The notes beneath the pieces were generated by a model. That model had not been told where the DNA came from. It did no database searches and worked only from the letters and a program-made list of their open reading frames with translations. Below, piece after piece: positions 1 to 9,262 of a DNA stretch of 64,000 nucleotides. A program made the position numbers and the translations under genes. Position 1 is the first letter of the stretch. Each line of letters starts with the position of its first letter. This DNA is from Methanocaldococcus indicus (GTDB lineage: Archaea > AGJL01 > Methanococci > Methanococcales > Methanocaldococcaceae), in NCBI RefSeq assembly GCF_049554935.1, contig NZ_CP186926.1, positions 160,001 through 224,000 of the forward strand. Direction: 5' to 3'.

Positions 1-1
1 A

Positions 2-634
2 TTTACACTTAATAAATCTTTTAACACATATAAAGGTAGAGTGTTAAAGGCAGATTTTAACAGTCCATTGGAAGGAGTTGTAGTAGTTAATAGAAAAGAC
101 CAAATATACTTTTATCCTCTTTTAGCTTTGCATATGATTAAGCCAACAAATTGTTTTCCAACAAATGTGATTCCTAAAACATCTCTTCCAGTTAATCCTA
201 AGAATATTCATATAAAAGAAGCATTATCAAGAATTGTAGGAAGGACTGTTAAAATATTCTATGAAAATCCAAAAACATCATATTTAGGTAGATTATTAGG
301 ATTTACAAGAGGTTGTTTTTCTTGGAGTTTGGTTATGGAAATACATGGAGAAATTTATATCTTCTTAAATCCTGATTATATGATGTATTATGGGACAGTT
401 TGGAAATTTTTAAAAAATAACCCACCTTATGAAAGACCCAAATTAATGAATATAACCAAGACGGCACAATATTTAAAGAGATGTTTATTAGAAGATGTTA
501 AGATTGAATCAAGTTATCCAAGAATAAATATAGATAATAAGGTGTTTGTATATCCTTATGGTGTTGTTGGAGAAGATGACTATTTAAAAGAAACAGTAAT
601 GGAAATATTAAAAGAGAAAGAATTTTTATCCTAA
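2..634 (+). CDS. Hypothetical protein, probably 5'-truncated by the window edge; possible Sm/LSm-like repeats
   Basis: ORF track starts at GTG 41, but the frame stays open back to position 2 (FTLNKSFNTYKGR-V). Followed 25 nt later by queC on the same strand. Confidence 0.6.
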   Translation, partial: FTLNKSFNTYKGRVLKADFNSPLEGVVVVNRKDQIYFYPLLALHMIKPTNCFPTNVIPKTSLPVNPKNIHIKEALSRIVGRTVKIFYENPKTSYLGRLLGFTRGCFSWSLVMEIHGEIYIFLNPDYMMYYGTVWKFLKNNPPYERPKLMNITKTAQYLKRCLLEDVKIESSYPRINIDNKVFVYPYGVVGEDDYLKETVMEILKEKEFLS

Positions 635-659
635 AATTTAAATTTTAGAAGGTAATAAT

Positions 660-1358
660 ATGAGAGCTATATCTATATTAAGTGGGGGATTAGATTCAAC
701 AGTAGCAACTCTAATAGCTAAGAAAGAAGGTTATGATATTTTGGCATTGACTTTTAACTATGGACAAAAAGCTGCTAAGAGAGAGATAAATTCTGCAAAA
801 AAGATAGCTGAAATTTTGGGAATAGAGCATTTAGTTATTAACTTAGATTTTGTTAAAATGTTTAAAAAAAGTGCTTTAATAACAAACAAAGACATTCCTA
901 AGTTAAAAATAGAGGATTTAGACAAAGATATTGTTTATGAAACTATGAAAGCTGTTTGGGTTCCTGCAAGAAATGTAATATTTTTGGCTATTGCAGCAGG
1001 TTTTGGTGAAGATAGAGATGCTAAAAAAATATTTATTGGAATAAATAAAGAAGAAGGAACAACATTTCCAGATAATACATTAGAGTTTATTGATAGATAC
1101 AACAAGGTTTTAGAGTTGGGGACATTAAACAAAATTAAAATTGAAGCACCTCTTTATAATCTAACTAAGGAAGAAATAGTTAAATTAGGAAAAAATTTAG
1201 AAGAAGAGTTAAATGTTGAAATTTTGAAGTATTCATATTCATGTTATAAAGACAATGGAGAGGACTTTTTACATTGTGGAGAATGTGAAAGTTGTGTAAG
1301 AAGAAAAAGAGCATTTATATTAGCTAATGTTAAGGATGAGACAAAATATATTAAATGA
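660..1358 (+). CDS. queC: 7-cyano-7-deazaguanine synthase
   Basis: SGGLDS PP-loop, VPARN motif, C-terminal SCY...CGECESC Zn site. Confidence 0.95.
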   Translation: MRAISILSGGLDSTVATLIAKKEGYDILALTFNYGQKAAKREINSAKKIAEILGIEHLVINLDFVKMFKKSALITNKDIPKLKIEDLDKDIVYETMKAVWVPARNVIFLAIAAGFGEDRDAKKIFIGINKEEGTTFPDNTLEFIDRYNKVLELGTLNKIKIEAPLYNLTKEEIVKLGKNLEEELNVEILKYSYSCYKDNGEDFLHCGECESCVRRKRAFILANVKDETKYIK

Positions 1359-1378
1359 AACTTTAAATTAAAATAAAT

Positions 1379-1398
1379 ATCCTCAAAAAACTGAGGAT
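1379..1398. terminator. Inverted repeat between convergent genes, possible terminator hairpin
   Basis: ATCCTCA-aaaaac-TGAGGAT located between the queC stop and the stop of the opposing reductase gene. Confidence 0.4.
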
Positions 1399-1468
1399 TG
1401 TATTATTTGAGATATTAATGAAAAGTAAAACTACAAAAAGAAGGTTAAAAACATTAAAATAAATAAAA

Positions 1469-2587
1469 CTAAATCATTTCAATAAATGCCTCTAATCTTG
1501 TTTTTAGTTGTTCTCTATCACTTTCAGAGTAATCTGTCTCAATTCTAATAATAGGAATTCCTTCCTCTTTTAAAGCATCCTCTACTTTTTTTCCTTCAAT
1601 ATTGAATGTATGACAGTATTGTAATGTGTAATAAACTACTCCATCAACATCTAACTCTTTAACTAATCTTTTTATATTTTCAATTCTTTCATCATTTTTA
1701 TATCTGCAAGCACAAGGAATTTTGAAGTATCTTTTTGCAATATCCTCTATACTATAACCTTCAACAAAATTCTCAAAATATCTTGTTCCAGTACAACTTT
1801 CTTCCCCAACAACAACTCCACCAACTTCTTCAATTAATTCAACAATTTTATTGTTCCCTGCAACCATAGGACATCCAGTTATTAAAATTCTTTTTCCATC
1901 ATAACCTTCTCCTTTCTTAACTCTTTCCTCTAACTCTTTAATTAAATCTTCTAAGATTTCTATTGTATCATCAATATCCAACAAATAAGCAAATTGGAAT
2001 AATTTTAAAACATCTAATCCTTTTATTGGAGCTGGTTTATTCTTTCTTAATTCATAGAGTTTATAAAATAATTCTCTAAGTTTATTTACTTTATCTACTG
2101 CTTCTTTTAATTTTTCTTCAGTTATTTTATTTCCTGTCTCTTTCTCAACTAATTCTTTTAACTTTTCAACTTCTTTTATCCAGATTTTTAAAGAATCCTC
2201 ATCTTTCATATGAGGAAGATGCATAATATGCATAGGAACCATTTTTTCCATCAATTCAAACATCTTCTTTTTACCTTCACAAGTAGTTTCTCCAATAACT
2301 ATATCTGATGCCTCAAAATAAGGGCATGATTTTGCTTTTTTAAATCCATAAGATGATTTTATTAAAGGGCAGAGATTTCTTGGTAAATCTTCTTCAGCTA
2401 TTGGGATTGTATCATTTTTACCCCCACACAAACCTACTGGAATTGCATTAGCAGCTAATATAATCTCTATTGGAACATAAGCACAAAACATACCAAAAAC
2501 TTTTCTACCTTCTTCTTTTTGTTTGTAGAGTTGTTCTTTTCTATTCTTGAATTTTTCCATTAACTTTTCAATTGCTTTTAGTTTCAT
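1469..2587 (-). CDS. 2-hydroxyacyl-CoA dehydratase (HgdB/FldC) family protein, double-cubane-cluster reductase type
   Basis: [51 protein letters not shown] motifs; GGTGA SD before ATG 2587. Confidence 0.85.
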   Translation of the reverse strand: MKLKAIEKLMEKFKNRKEQLYKQKEEGRKVFGMFCAYVPIEIILAANAIPVGLCGGKNDTIPIAEEDLPRNLCPLIKSSYGFKKAKSCPYFEASDIVIGETTCEGKKKMFELMEKMVPMHIMHLPHMKDEDSLKIWIKEVEKLKELVEKETGNKITEEKLKEAVDKVNKLRELFYKLYELRKNKPAPIKGLDVLKLFQFAYLLDIDDTIEILEDLIKELEERVKKGEGYDGKRILITGCPMVAGNNKIVELIEEVGGVVVGEESCTGTRYFENFVEGYSIEDIAKRYFKIPCACRYKNDERIENIKRLVKELDVDGVVYYTLQYCHTFNIEGKKVEDALKEEGIPIIRIETDYSESDREQLKTRLEAFIEMI

Positions 2588-2657
2588 AAATCTCACCAAA
2601 AAGTAGTTTGTAAATTTTTTATTATTATTGAAAATATATGTTTAGCTATTAGAAAAT

Positions 2658-3395
2658 TTAATATCCTAAAAGAGCAGCACCAACACAACACACAATTTGT
2701 GGCTCATTTGGAACAAAAATATTTTTGTCTATTCTACTTTTTAATTTCTCAACAAATATTTTGTTTTTTGCAACTCCTCCACTAAACACAATATTATTAA
2801 TTTTTAATCTATTAATCATTGGAATAACTCTATCTATTATACTATCATAAACTCCCATTAAAATTTCTTCTTTTGGAACTTTTTTAGATAGTAAGCTTAT
2901 TATTTCACTTTCAGCAAAAACAGCACACATTGATGATATTTTGGCAGATTTTTCTGATTTAATTTTATTAATATCTTCCTTTTTGATTTTTAAGATATCT
3001 AATGCCTTCTCTAAAAACTTTCCTGTTCCTGCTGCACATTTATCAGATAGAATAAAGTCCAAAACATTTCCATCTTTATCAATTTTTAAAACCTTTGTAT
3101 CTTGCCCTCCAATATCTAAGACACCATCAGCCTCTTTAAAAAAATAATTTGCACCTTTTCCCAATGCTATAACTTCTGGAACTACCTTATCAGCAAAACT
3201 AATTTTATGCCTACCATATCCAGTTGCTATAATTTTGTCTATTTGATATTTTTCCTTAATGTCTTTAACAATTTTTAATAATGTATCTTCATCAATAACA
3301 ACTCCAATATCTATAATATCATAAAAAACTATTGAATTCTCTTCCATTCCTACAATTTTTGTGGTTGTTGAGCCAACATCTATACCTAAAATCAT
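2658..3395 (-). CDS. ATP-dependent [4Fe-4S] activator/electron-transfer ATPase (HgdC/BadF ASKHA family)
   Basis: GIDVGSTTTK, ATGYGR, DIGGQDTK, DKCAAGTG, SMCAVFAESE, SGGVA motifs. Confidence 0.92.
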   Translation of the reverse strand: MILGIDVGSTTTKIVGMEENSIVFYDIIDIGVVIDEDTLLKIVKDIKEKYQIDKIIATGYGRHKISFADKVVPEVIALGKGANYFFKEADGVLDIGGQDTKVLKIDKDGNVLDFILSDKCAAGTGKFLEKALDILKIKKEDINKIKSEKSAKISSMCAVFAESEIISLLSKKVPKEEILMGVYDSIIDRVIPMINRLKINNIVFSGGVAKNKIFVEKLKSRIDKNIFVPNEPQIVCCVGAALLGY

Positions 3396-3410
3396 CTATA
3401 TCACAATATA

Positions 3411-3513
3411 TTATTGTTATTAACAATAAAATTAATAAACTATTAAACTAAACTATTAACTATTAGATAAACTATTAAAACCTACTTATCAGCTAAATTA
3501 ATATCTTAGCTGA
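3411..3513. promoter_or_regulatory. Divergent intergenic region with two inverted repeats and four AACTATTA copies
   Basis: TTATTGTTA-T-TAACAATAA (3411-3429); AACTATTA at 3438, 3451, 3458, 3470; TCAGCTAA-N9-TTAGCTGA (3489-3513). Confidence 0.5.
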
Positions 3514-3564
3514 AAACTCTTTTTTGATTATTTAATGTTTTTAATTTATTTAAAAGGTGAGATT

Positions 3565-4503
3565 TTGAAAATAGCTATTATAGGAGCTTCTGGGAAAGTA
3601 GGGAGTGCAACTGCTGTTTTGTTAGCTAAGGAGCCATTTATGAAAGATTTGGTTTTAATTGGAAGAGAAAAATCATTAAATAAATTAGAAGGTTTAAAAA
3701 TGGATTTGTATGATGCAGTTGCAGGAGCAAGAAGTGATGCCAATATCTATGTCTCAACAGATGAGAATTTAAAATGTGTTGAAGATTGTGATATTGTTAT
3801 AATAACAAGTGGAGTGCCAAGAACTGAAGGTATGAGTAGAGTTGAATTAGCAAAAATTAATGCTAAGATTGTTAAAAACTATGTAAAAAAAATTTCTGAA
3901 ATAACAGATACAAAGATTTTTATGATAACTAATCCAGTAGATGTTATGACTTATAAGGCATATATTGAATCTAGCTATAATAGAGAGCAGGTTTTTGGTT
4001 TAGGAACTCACTTAGATTCTTTAAGATTTAAAGTAGCTATTGCCAAGTTCTTTAAAGTTCATATTGATGAAGTTAGAACAAGAATTATTGGAGAACATGG
4101 AGAAACAATGGTTCCTTTATTATCTGCTACATCAATTGGAGGAATTCCTATAGAGAAATTTAATAACTTCAAAAATTTACCTCTTGATGATATTATTGAA
4201 GATGTGAAACATAAAGGAGAAAAAATTATAAAATTAAAAGGTGGCTCTGAATTTGGTCCTGCCTCTGCAATAGTTAATGTAGTTAGATGCATAGCAAACA
4301 ATGAAAAGAGATTATTAACACTCTCTACATATTTAGATGGAGAATATGGACTGAAAGATTTATGTATAGGAGTTCCTGTAAAAGTAGGTAGAGAAGGAAT
4401 TGAAGAAATTGTTGAGATTGAGCTAAAAGAAGATGAAAGAAATGCTTTTTTAAAATCAGCTGAAAGGATAAAAAAATACTGTGAGGAGGTTAAATATATA
4501 TGA
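3565..4503 (+). CDS. mdh: LDH-like malate dehydrogenase
   Basis: IIGASGKVG Rossmann motif, GVPRTEGMSR substrate loop, TNPVD, LDSLR, GEHG; TTG start after GGTGA. Confidence 0.88.
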   Translation: MKIAIIGASGKVGSATAVLLAKEPFMKDLVLIGREKSLNKLEGLKMDLYDAVAGARSDANIYVSTDENLKCVEDCDIVIITSGVPRTEGMSRVELAKINAKIVKNYVKKISEITDTKIFMITNPVDVMTYKAYIESSYNREQVFGLGTHLDSLRFKVAIAKFFKVHIDEVRTRIIGEHGETMVPLLSATSIGGIPIEKFNNFKNLPLDDIIEDVKHKGEKIIKLKGGSEFGPASAIVNVVRCIANNEKRLLTLSTYLDGEYGLKDLCIGVPVKVGREGIEEIVEIELKEDERNAFLKSAERIKKYCEEVKYI

Positions 4504-4925
4504 ATTGGAAAATTGAATTAGCAAGAATTTTAAAAAATCTAAATGCATTTAAAGGTTCAAGACCTCTTTTAGATACTCCTACTTTATTAATGGTTAAGAG
4601 TATATGTAGAGATGAGATTAATGAAGATATAAAAAGTTATTTAACAAAAAAATTAAAAGAACTAAATTATGAGATTGTTGATGATATTGATGAAATTGAA
4701 GAGTTTGTAGAAGGAATACATAATGTTTTAAGAGGGGAAGATACATATTTGGACTTTTTAGGATTTGAAAAAGTTAAAGAAGGATTTTTAAATATTGGAT
4801 GTGAATGTGACTATGTTATTGGAAAAAAAGGTAATCTTATGGTAGGACTTACTCTATATTATGACAAAATTAGAAAAAATCCTAAGTTTATAGAGGCTGT
4901 TGCTCTTTTAAAAGAAATAGAATAA
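4500..4925 (+). CDS. Methanogen conserved protein (DUF2120-like)
   Basis: AFKGSRP and GFEKVKEGF...GCECDY segments; 4-nt overlap with mdh. Confidence 0.6.
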   Translation: MNWKIELARILKNLNAFKGSRPLLDTPTLLMVKSICRDEINEDIKSYLTKKLKELNYEIVDDIDEIEEFVEGIHNVLRGEDTYLDFLGFEKVKEGFLNIGCECDYVIGKKGNLMVGLTLYYDKIRKNPKFIEAVALLKEIE

Positions 4926-7316
4926 TTATTTTGGAAGAATCATTTTTCTAATTTTTTCAACATTTTTTATATATTTTTTATTAAAGATTTTTGAGATTCT
5001 TTCAATTGCATTAAGTAATAAAAGAAGTTGCTCTAAATAGATATACAAATCTCCACTATAAACCATAATTTTATAATCTTCATACATTATCTTAGCTATT
5101 TGTCCTGGATTTTTTCCTGTTGCTCTCAAATTTAATATTATTTGTAAGATTTTTAAATGTTCATCTACTCCTTCAAATTCCATTATAATCTCTGTCAATA
5201 AATCTTTAATTTGCTTTTCTGATATTTTTCCAAAGTTTTCTTTTATTATCTCCAAAGCATCAAAGAATCTTATTGGTAAATTAATATTTAACATTTGGTT
5301 TAATTTATTCCTCAAAGTTGGAGATAAATAAACATTTTCAAAAGGCATAATCTCAATAATTAACTTTAAGATATCTTCATTTTTTAAAATACTCTCTTTA
5401 ATTTTTTCAGCTACTTTTGGATATAAAAAGGATAATGCAACAGCCCTACCATAGTTAGTTATATCTCTATTTTTAACCATACCATACTTTTGTAGGTTTT
5501 CTAATATCTTAGTTGTTGAGAATGATTTACCTATATATGGGACTCTTTCAATATCTTTTATATTTGCTGATAGAGTAGCTAAGATTTGCTCTTCTTCTTC
5601 ATCTTCTGTCCATTCCACTTTTATATCTTCTGGCTTAGATGTTAATAGTTTAAAAGCTACTTCATCCTCACTCTCAACCATCTTAGCATGATACTTTTTC
5701 CCTATCTCTACTAAAAGATAAACTTTCCCTAACTCATGCATCCCCTTCCTTCCAGCTCTTCCACACATCTGTTGGAATTCAGATGGTGTGAGCCACTCTC
5801 CCCCCATAGCCAAACTTTCCAATATAACAGTTGAAGCTGGAAAATCAACACCAGCAGCTAATGCAGCAGTTGTAACCACACATTGAATTCTTTGCTTAGC
5901 AAAATCTTCCTCCACCTTCCTTCTTCTAAAATAATCTAAACCTGCATGATAGTAATCTGCTTTAATTCCTTTTGATTTTAAAGCTCTTGCAATCTGTTCT
6001 GCTCTTCTCCTTGAATATGTAAAGATTAAGCACTGTCCCCTATAACTATACTTAGAGATTGTATTCCACTCTTTTTTAACAATCTCCTTAATTATATTTA
6101 TTTTATTGAATTCATTTTTACAAAAAATAAGATGCCTCTCCAATGGAACAGGTCTTCCATTATATAAAACTAAATTAGCCCCCAATTTTTTTGATAGTTC
6201 TTTTGGATTTCCAATAGTTGCAGATAAATAAATCTTTTGAGCATCTTTAAACTTCTCTCTTACTCTACCAATTAATCCATCTAATCTCGCTCCTCTCTCC
6301 TCTAAATTTAAAGAATGGACTTCATCAATTACAACAGTTCCAACATCTTTAAGTTTATTTGCCCTTATTAAATAATCTATTCCTTCATAAGTTCCAACGA
6401 TTATATCCGCATCTAATGAAGTATTAATATCCAACTTTTTTCCTATTCTTCCCATTCCTACTCTTAAAGCTACTTTAAATCCTAATTTTTCATATCTTTC
6501 TTTAAATTCTAAATACTTCTGATTTGCTAATGCAACTAAAGGAACTAAAAATAAAAATTTCTTTTTCTTTTCAATTAAATTCTTGATTCCTGCTAACTCT
6601 CCAATTAATGTTTTTCCTGATGATGTTGCTGAAACAATTAGCAAATCTTTTCCTTTTAATAATCCAGCCTTAACTGAAAGAGATTGAACTGGCAAAAGTT
6701 CATTTATATTTCTACTTTTAATAGATTTTTTAAGTTCTTCAGGAATATCTAAATCATCTATTTTTAACAATTCAATATCTTCCTTATCTCCTTCTAAAAC
6801 ATCAAATTTTGTTAGTTCTGGCTTAGATACTGGATTTTTTAAATTCAAAAGAGAAAGAACTTTATCAACATCTTTAAATTTTCTTAAAAATTTCTCTATT
6901 AGCTCATCTGGTAAATTAACTTCATACTTAACTTCCTCAATAGCACAATTTAAACAAATATAATAATTCATATATTTACATCTTGTTTTATTTGGTAATT
7001 TTTTATAAACCTCTTTTAATAGACAGAAAGGACATAACTTTATAAACTCATACTTAATATTTAAGCTCTTAAAAACATCTTCAAGCTCTTTATCAGCTAA
7101 ATAAACTTTTTTTTCTTTTTTTAAAAGTTCTAAAACTTTTGATGGTTGAATTAATTTATCTCCTAATCTACACTTAAATAATCTGTATCTATCTCCAACT
7201 TTCTTATATAAACAAAAAATTTTTTTATTCTTCTCTACCTTTTCACCTTCATCAATATTCTTAACTTTAACAATCTCAATTTCATCCTTTTTTTTCTTTT
7301 TCTTTATAATAATCAT
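4926..7316 (-). CDS. Archaea-specific Ski2-like SF2 DEAD/DEAH helicase (ASH-Ski2 type)
   Basis: SATSSGKT, DEVH, SAT, QMCGRAGR motifs; N-terminal CPFC...CLNC Zn motif. Confidence 0.88.
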   Translation of the reverse strand: MIIIKKKKKKDEIEIVKVKNIDEGEKVEKNKKIFCLYKKVGDRYRLFKCRLGDKLIQPSKVLELLKKEKKVYLADKELEDVFKSLNIKYEFIKLCPFCLLKEVYKKLPNKTRCKYMNYYICLNCAIEEVKYEVNLPDELIEKFLRKFKDVDKVLSLLNLKNPVSKPELTKFDVLEGDKEDIELLKIDDLDIPEELKKSIKSRNINELLPVQSLSVKAGLLKGKDLLIVSATSSGKTLIGELAGIKNLIEKKKKFLFLVPLVALANQKYLEFKERYEKLGFKVALRVGMGRIGKKLDINTSLDADIIVGTYEGIDYLIRANKLKDVGTVVIDEVHSLNLEERGARLDGLIGRVREKFKDAQKIYLSATIGNPKELSKKLGANLVLYNGRPVPLERHLIFCKNEFNKINIIKEIVKKEWNTISKYSYRGQCLIFTYSRRRAEQIARALKSKGIKADYYHAGLDYFRRRKVEEDFAKQRIQCVVTTAALAAGVDFPASTVILESLAMGGEWLTPSEFQQMCGRAGRKGMHELGKVYLLVEIGKKYHAKMVESEDEVAFKLLTSKPEDIKVEWTEDEEEEQILATLSANIKDIERVPYIGKSFSTTKILENLQKYGMVKNRDITNYGRAVALSFLYPKVAEKIKESILKNEDILKLIIEIMPFENVYLSPTLRNKLNQMLNINLPIRFFDALEIIKENFGKISEKQIKDLLTEIIMEFEGVDEHLKILQIILNLRATGKNPGQIAKIMYEDYKIMVYSGDLYIYLEQLLLLLNAIERISKIFNKKYIKNVEKIRKMILPK

Positions 7317-7319
7317 ACT

Positions 7320-8555
7320 CTAAACCTCTCTTAACATATCATAAAAGACATCAACCATCTTTATAATGTCTTCAATTAAAATATACTCATTTGGCTGATG
7401 TGCTGTTCCTCTACCAATTCCCCAAACAGCTACATCATAACCTCTTTCCCTTAAAAATGCTGCTACTGTTCCTCCTCCCATCCCACAAAGTTTAGGATTT
7501 ACATTTAAAACTTTTTTAATGCTTTTAGATAGTTCTTTAACAACATCAGAATCTTTATCAGTATAGTTAGGATTTTCTTTTTTTAATATTTCATACTCTA
7601 TTTTTGGGGAGATAGATTTATCAAAATATTTTATATACTCACTAAAATCAAAGTTTTTTATAAATTCTTCAATTTCTTTAACTATATCATCTAATTTGTA
7701 GTATGGAAGAATTCTACAATCAAAAACAACCTCTACATATCCAGGAATTGTATTAGGATTCTCAATATTGTTTTTTAAAATTGTTGGTTCAAATGTTGAA
7801 TATTTTGGTAAAAAAATCGTATCTTCTTTATTAAATTTTTTGTATAAGTAATTATATAAATTATTTGCAAAGTTGAAAGCTATTATGTTGGCATTTAATC
7901 CCTCCTCAGGAGTTGAACCATGACATTGCTTACCTTTTATTTTAAACTTTATCCATAAAATTCCTTTTTCACCAATTTCTATTAAATCTCCTTTATCAGA
8001 AGAGAAATCAGGAACAATTATTAAATCATCTTTCTTAAATATTTTATCTTCAAAGTTCAATAAGTATTTTAATCCATACTCACTTCCATCTTCCTCATCA
8101 GAGACAAAAATTAATGATAAATTGTATTTAGGAGTTATTTTTTCTTCAAATATCTTCTTAATTAATAAGAGAGATGATACTATTGCTTTATGATTATCTT
8201 CTACTCCCCTACCATATATTTTATTTCCTTTAACAACAGCTTCATAAGGATTTGTGTCCCATAATCTTAAATCTCCTTCTGGGACAGTATCTAAATGAGA
8301 TATTATATGTAAAGTTTTTTCTTTCCCAAAATCAATTTTAAATACTATGTTTGGTCTTTCTAAATTGTATTTATCAACAACATTATACTCACTTAATGAA
8401 TAGTTTTTTATATTATATTTTTTTATATAATTGTTAATAACTCTCTTGACATATTCAGCTTTTTCCTTTTCTCCTTTTCCACCAAAAGATGGATTAACAG
8501 AGTTAATTTTAACTAAATCTTTTTGTAGAGAAATAACTTCTTCCCTAATTGACAT
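7320..8555 (-). CDS. M20 family metallohydrolase (DapE/ArgE-like)
   Basis: SHLDTVP, GRGVEDNH, SDEEDGS, HGS, GGGT, AHQPNE. Confidence 0.85.
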   Translation of the reverse strand: MSIREEVISLQKDLVKINSVNPSFGGKGEKEKAEYVKRVINNYIKKYNIKNYSLSEYNVVDKYNLERPNIVFKIDFGKEKTLHIISHLDTVPEGDLRLWDTNPYEAVVKGNKIYGRGVEDNHKAIVSSLLLIKKIFEEKITPKYNLSLIFVSDEEDGSEYGLKYLLNFEDKIFKKDDLIIVPDFSSDKGDLIEIGEKGILWIKFKIKGKQCHGSTPEEGLNANIIAFNFANNLYNYLYKKFNKEDTIFLPKYSTFEPTILKNNIENPNTIPGYVEVVFDCRILPYYKLDDIVKEIEEFIKNFDFSEYIKYFDKSISPKIEYEILKKENPNYTDKDSDVVKELSKSIKKVLNVNPKLCGMGGGTVAAFLRERGYDVAVWGIGRGTAHQPNEYILIEDIIKMVDVFYDMLREV

Positions 8556-8593
8556 GATTTCCCTCCTCTAAATTATATAAAATTGTGTTGTTT

Positions 8594-9097
8594 ATGAAAC
8601 TATATATATATCATGCCAACCAATGTAATCCAAAAAAATGTACTGCTTTAAAGATGGCTAAATTTAATAAAGCTATTATACTTAAAAATCCTTACAAGAT
8701 AAATAAAAAATCTTTAGTATTAACACCTTTTGCAGAAAAAGCAGTTTCCCCAGAAGATAGAGAGATTGTAGAAAAGTTTGGAATAACTGGATTAGATTGC
8801 TCTTGGAATGATATTGAAAAACTTAAAAAATTCAAATTTATTAATGAAAGAGCTTTACCATTCCTTATAGCTTGTAATCCTACAAACTATGGAAAGCCAT
8901 TTAAACTCTCAACACTTGAGGCATTTATTGCTACTCTTTATATAACCAATTTTAAAGAAAAAGCTTATGAATTAGCAAGATTATATAAATGGGGAGAAAC
9001 TTTTATAAATGTGAATTATGAATTATTAGAGAGATACAGTAAAGCTAAGAATTCAAAAGAAATTATTGAGATTCAAAAAGAATATATAGAGAGGTGA
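8594..9097 (+). CDS. tsr3: 16S rRNA aminocarboxypropyltransferase (DUF367)
   Basis: [40 protein letters not shown]. Confidence 0.92.
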   Translation: MKLYIYHANQCNPKKCTALKMAKFNKAIILKNPYKINKKSLVLTPFAEKAVSPEDREIVEKFGITGLDCSWNDIEKLKKFKFINERALPFLIACNPTNYGKPFKLSTLEAFIATLYITNFKEKAYELARLYKWGETFINVNYELLERYSKAKNSKEIIEIQKEYIER

Positions 9098-9102
9098 AAC
9101 AG

Positions 9103-9246
9103 ATGCCATTTGAAGAAGCTGTAAAGAGAGTTTTGCTAAAAAAGATATGTTTAAGATGTAATGCAAGAAATCCATGGAAAGCAGAAAAATGTAGAAAATG
9201 TGGATATACAAAGTTAAGACCAAAAGCTAAAGAACCAAGAGGATAA
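9103..9246 (+). CDS. rpl40e: 50S ribosomal protein L40e (47 aa, missed by ORF track)
   Basis: Hand translation [47 protein letters not shown]; GAGGTGA SD. Confidence 0.95.
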   Translation: MPFEEAVKRVLLKKICLRCNARNPWKAEKCRKCGYTKLRPKAKEPRG

Positions 9247-9262
9247 ATTAAAAAATAAATTT

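Noticed and set aside
3438-3477. Possible CRISPR or mini-array
   Set aside because: Units are 8 nt with irregular spacing of at most 5 nt; no 30-40 nt repeat-spacer periodicity and no cas genes in the window
7285-7305. Long A-runs (poly-Lys) at the helicase 5' end as a phase-variation site
   Set aside because: The frame is intact and such runs are common in this AT- and Lys-rich genome
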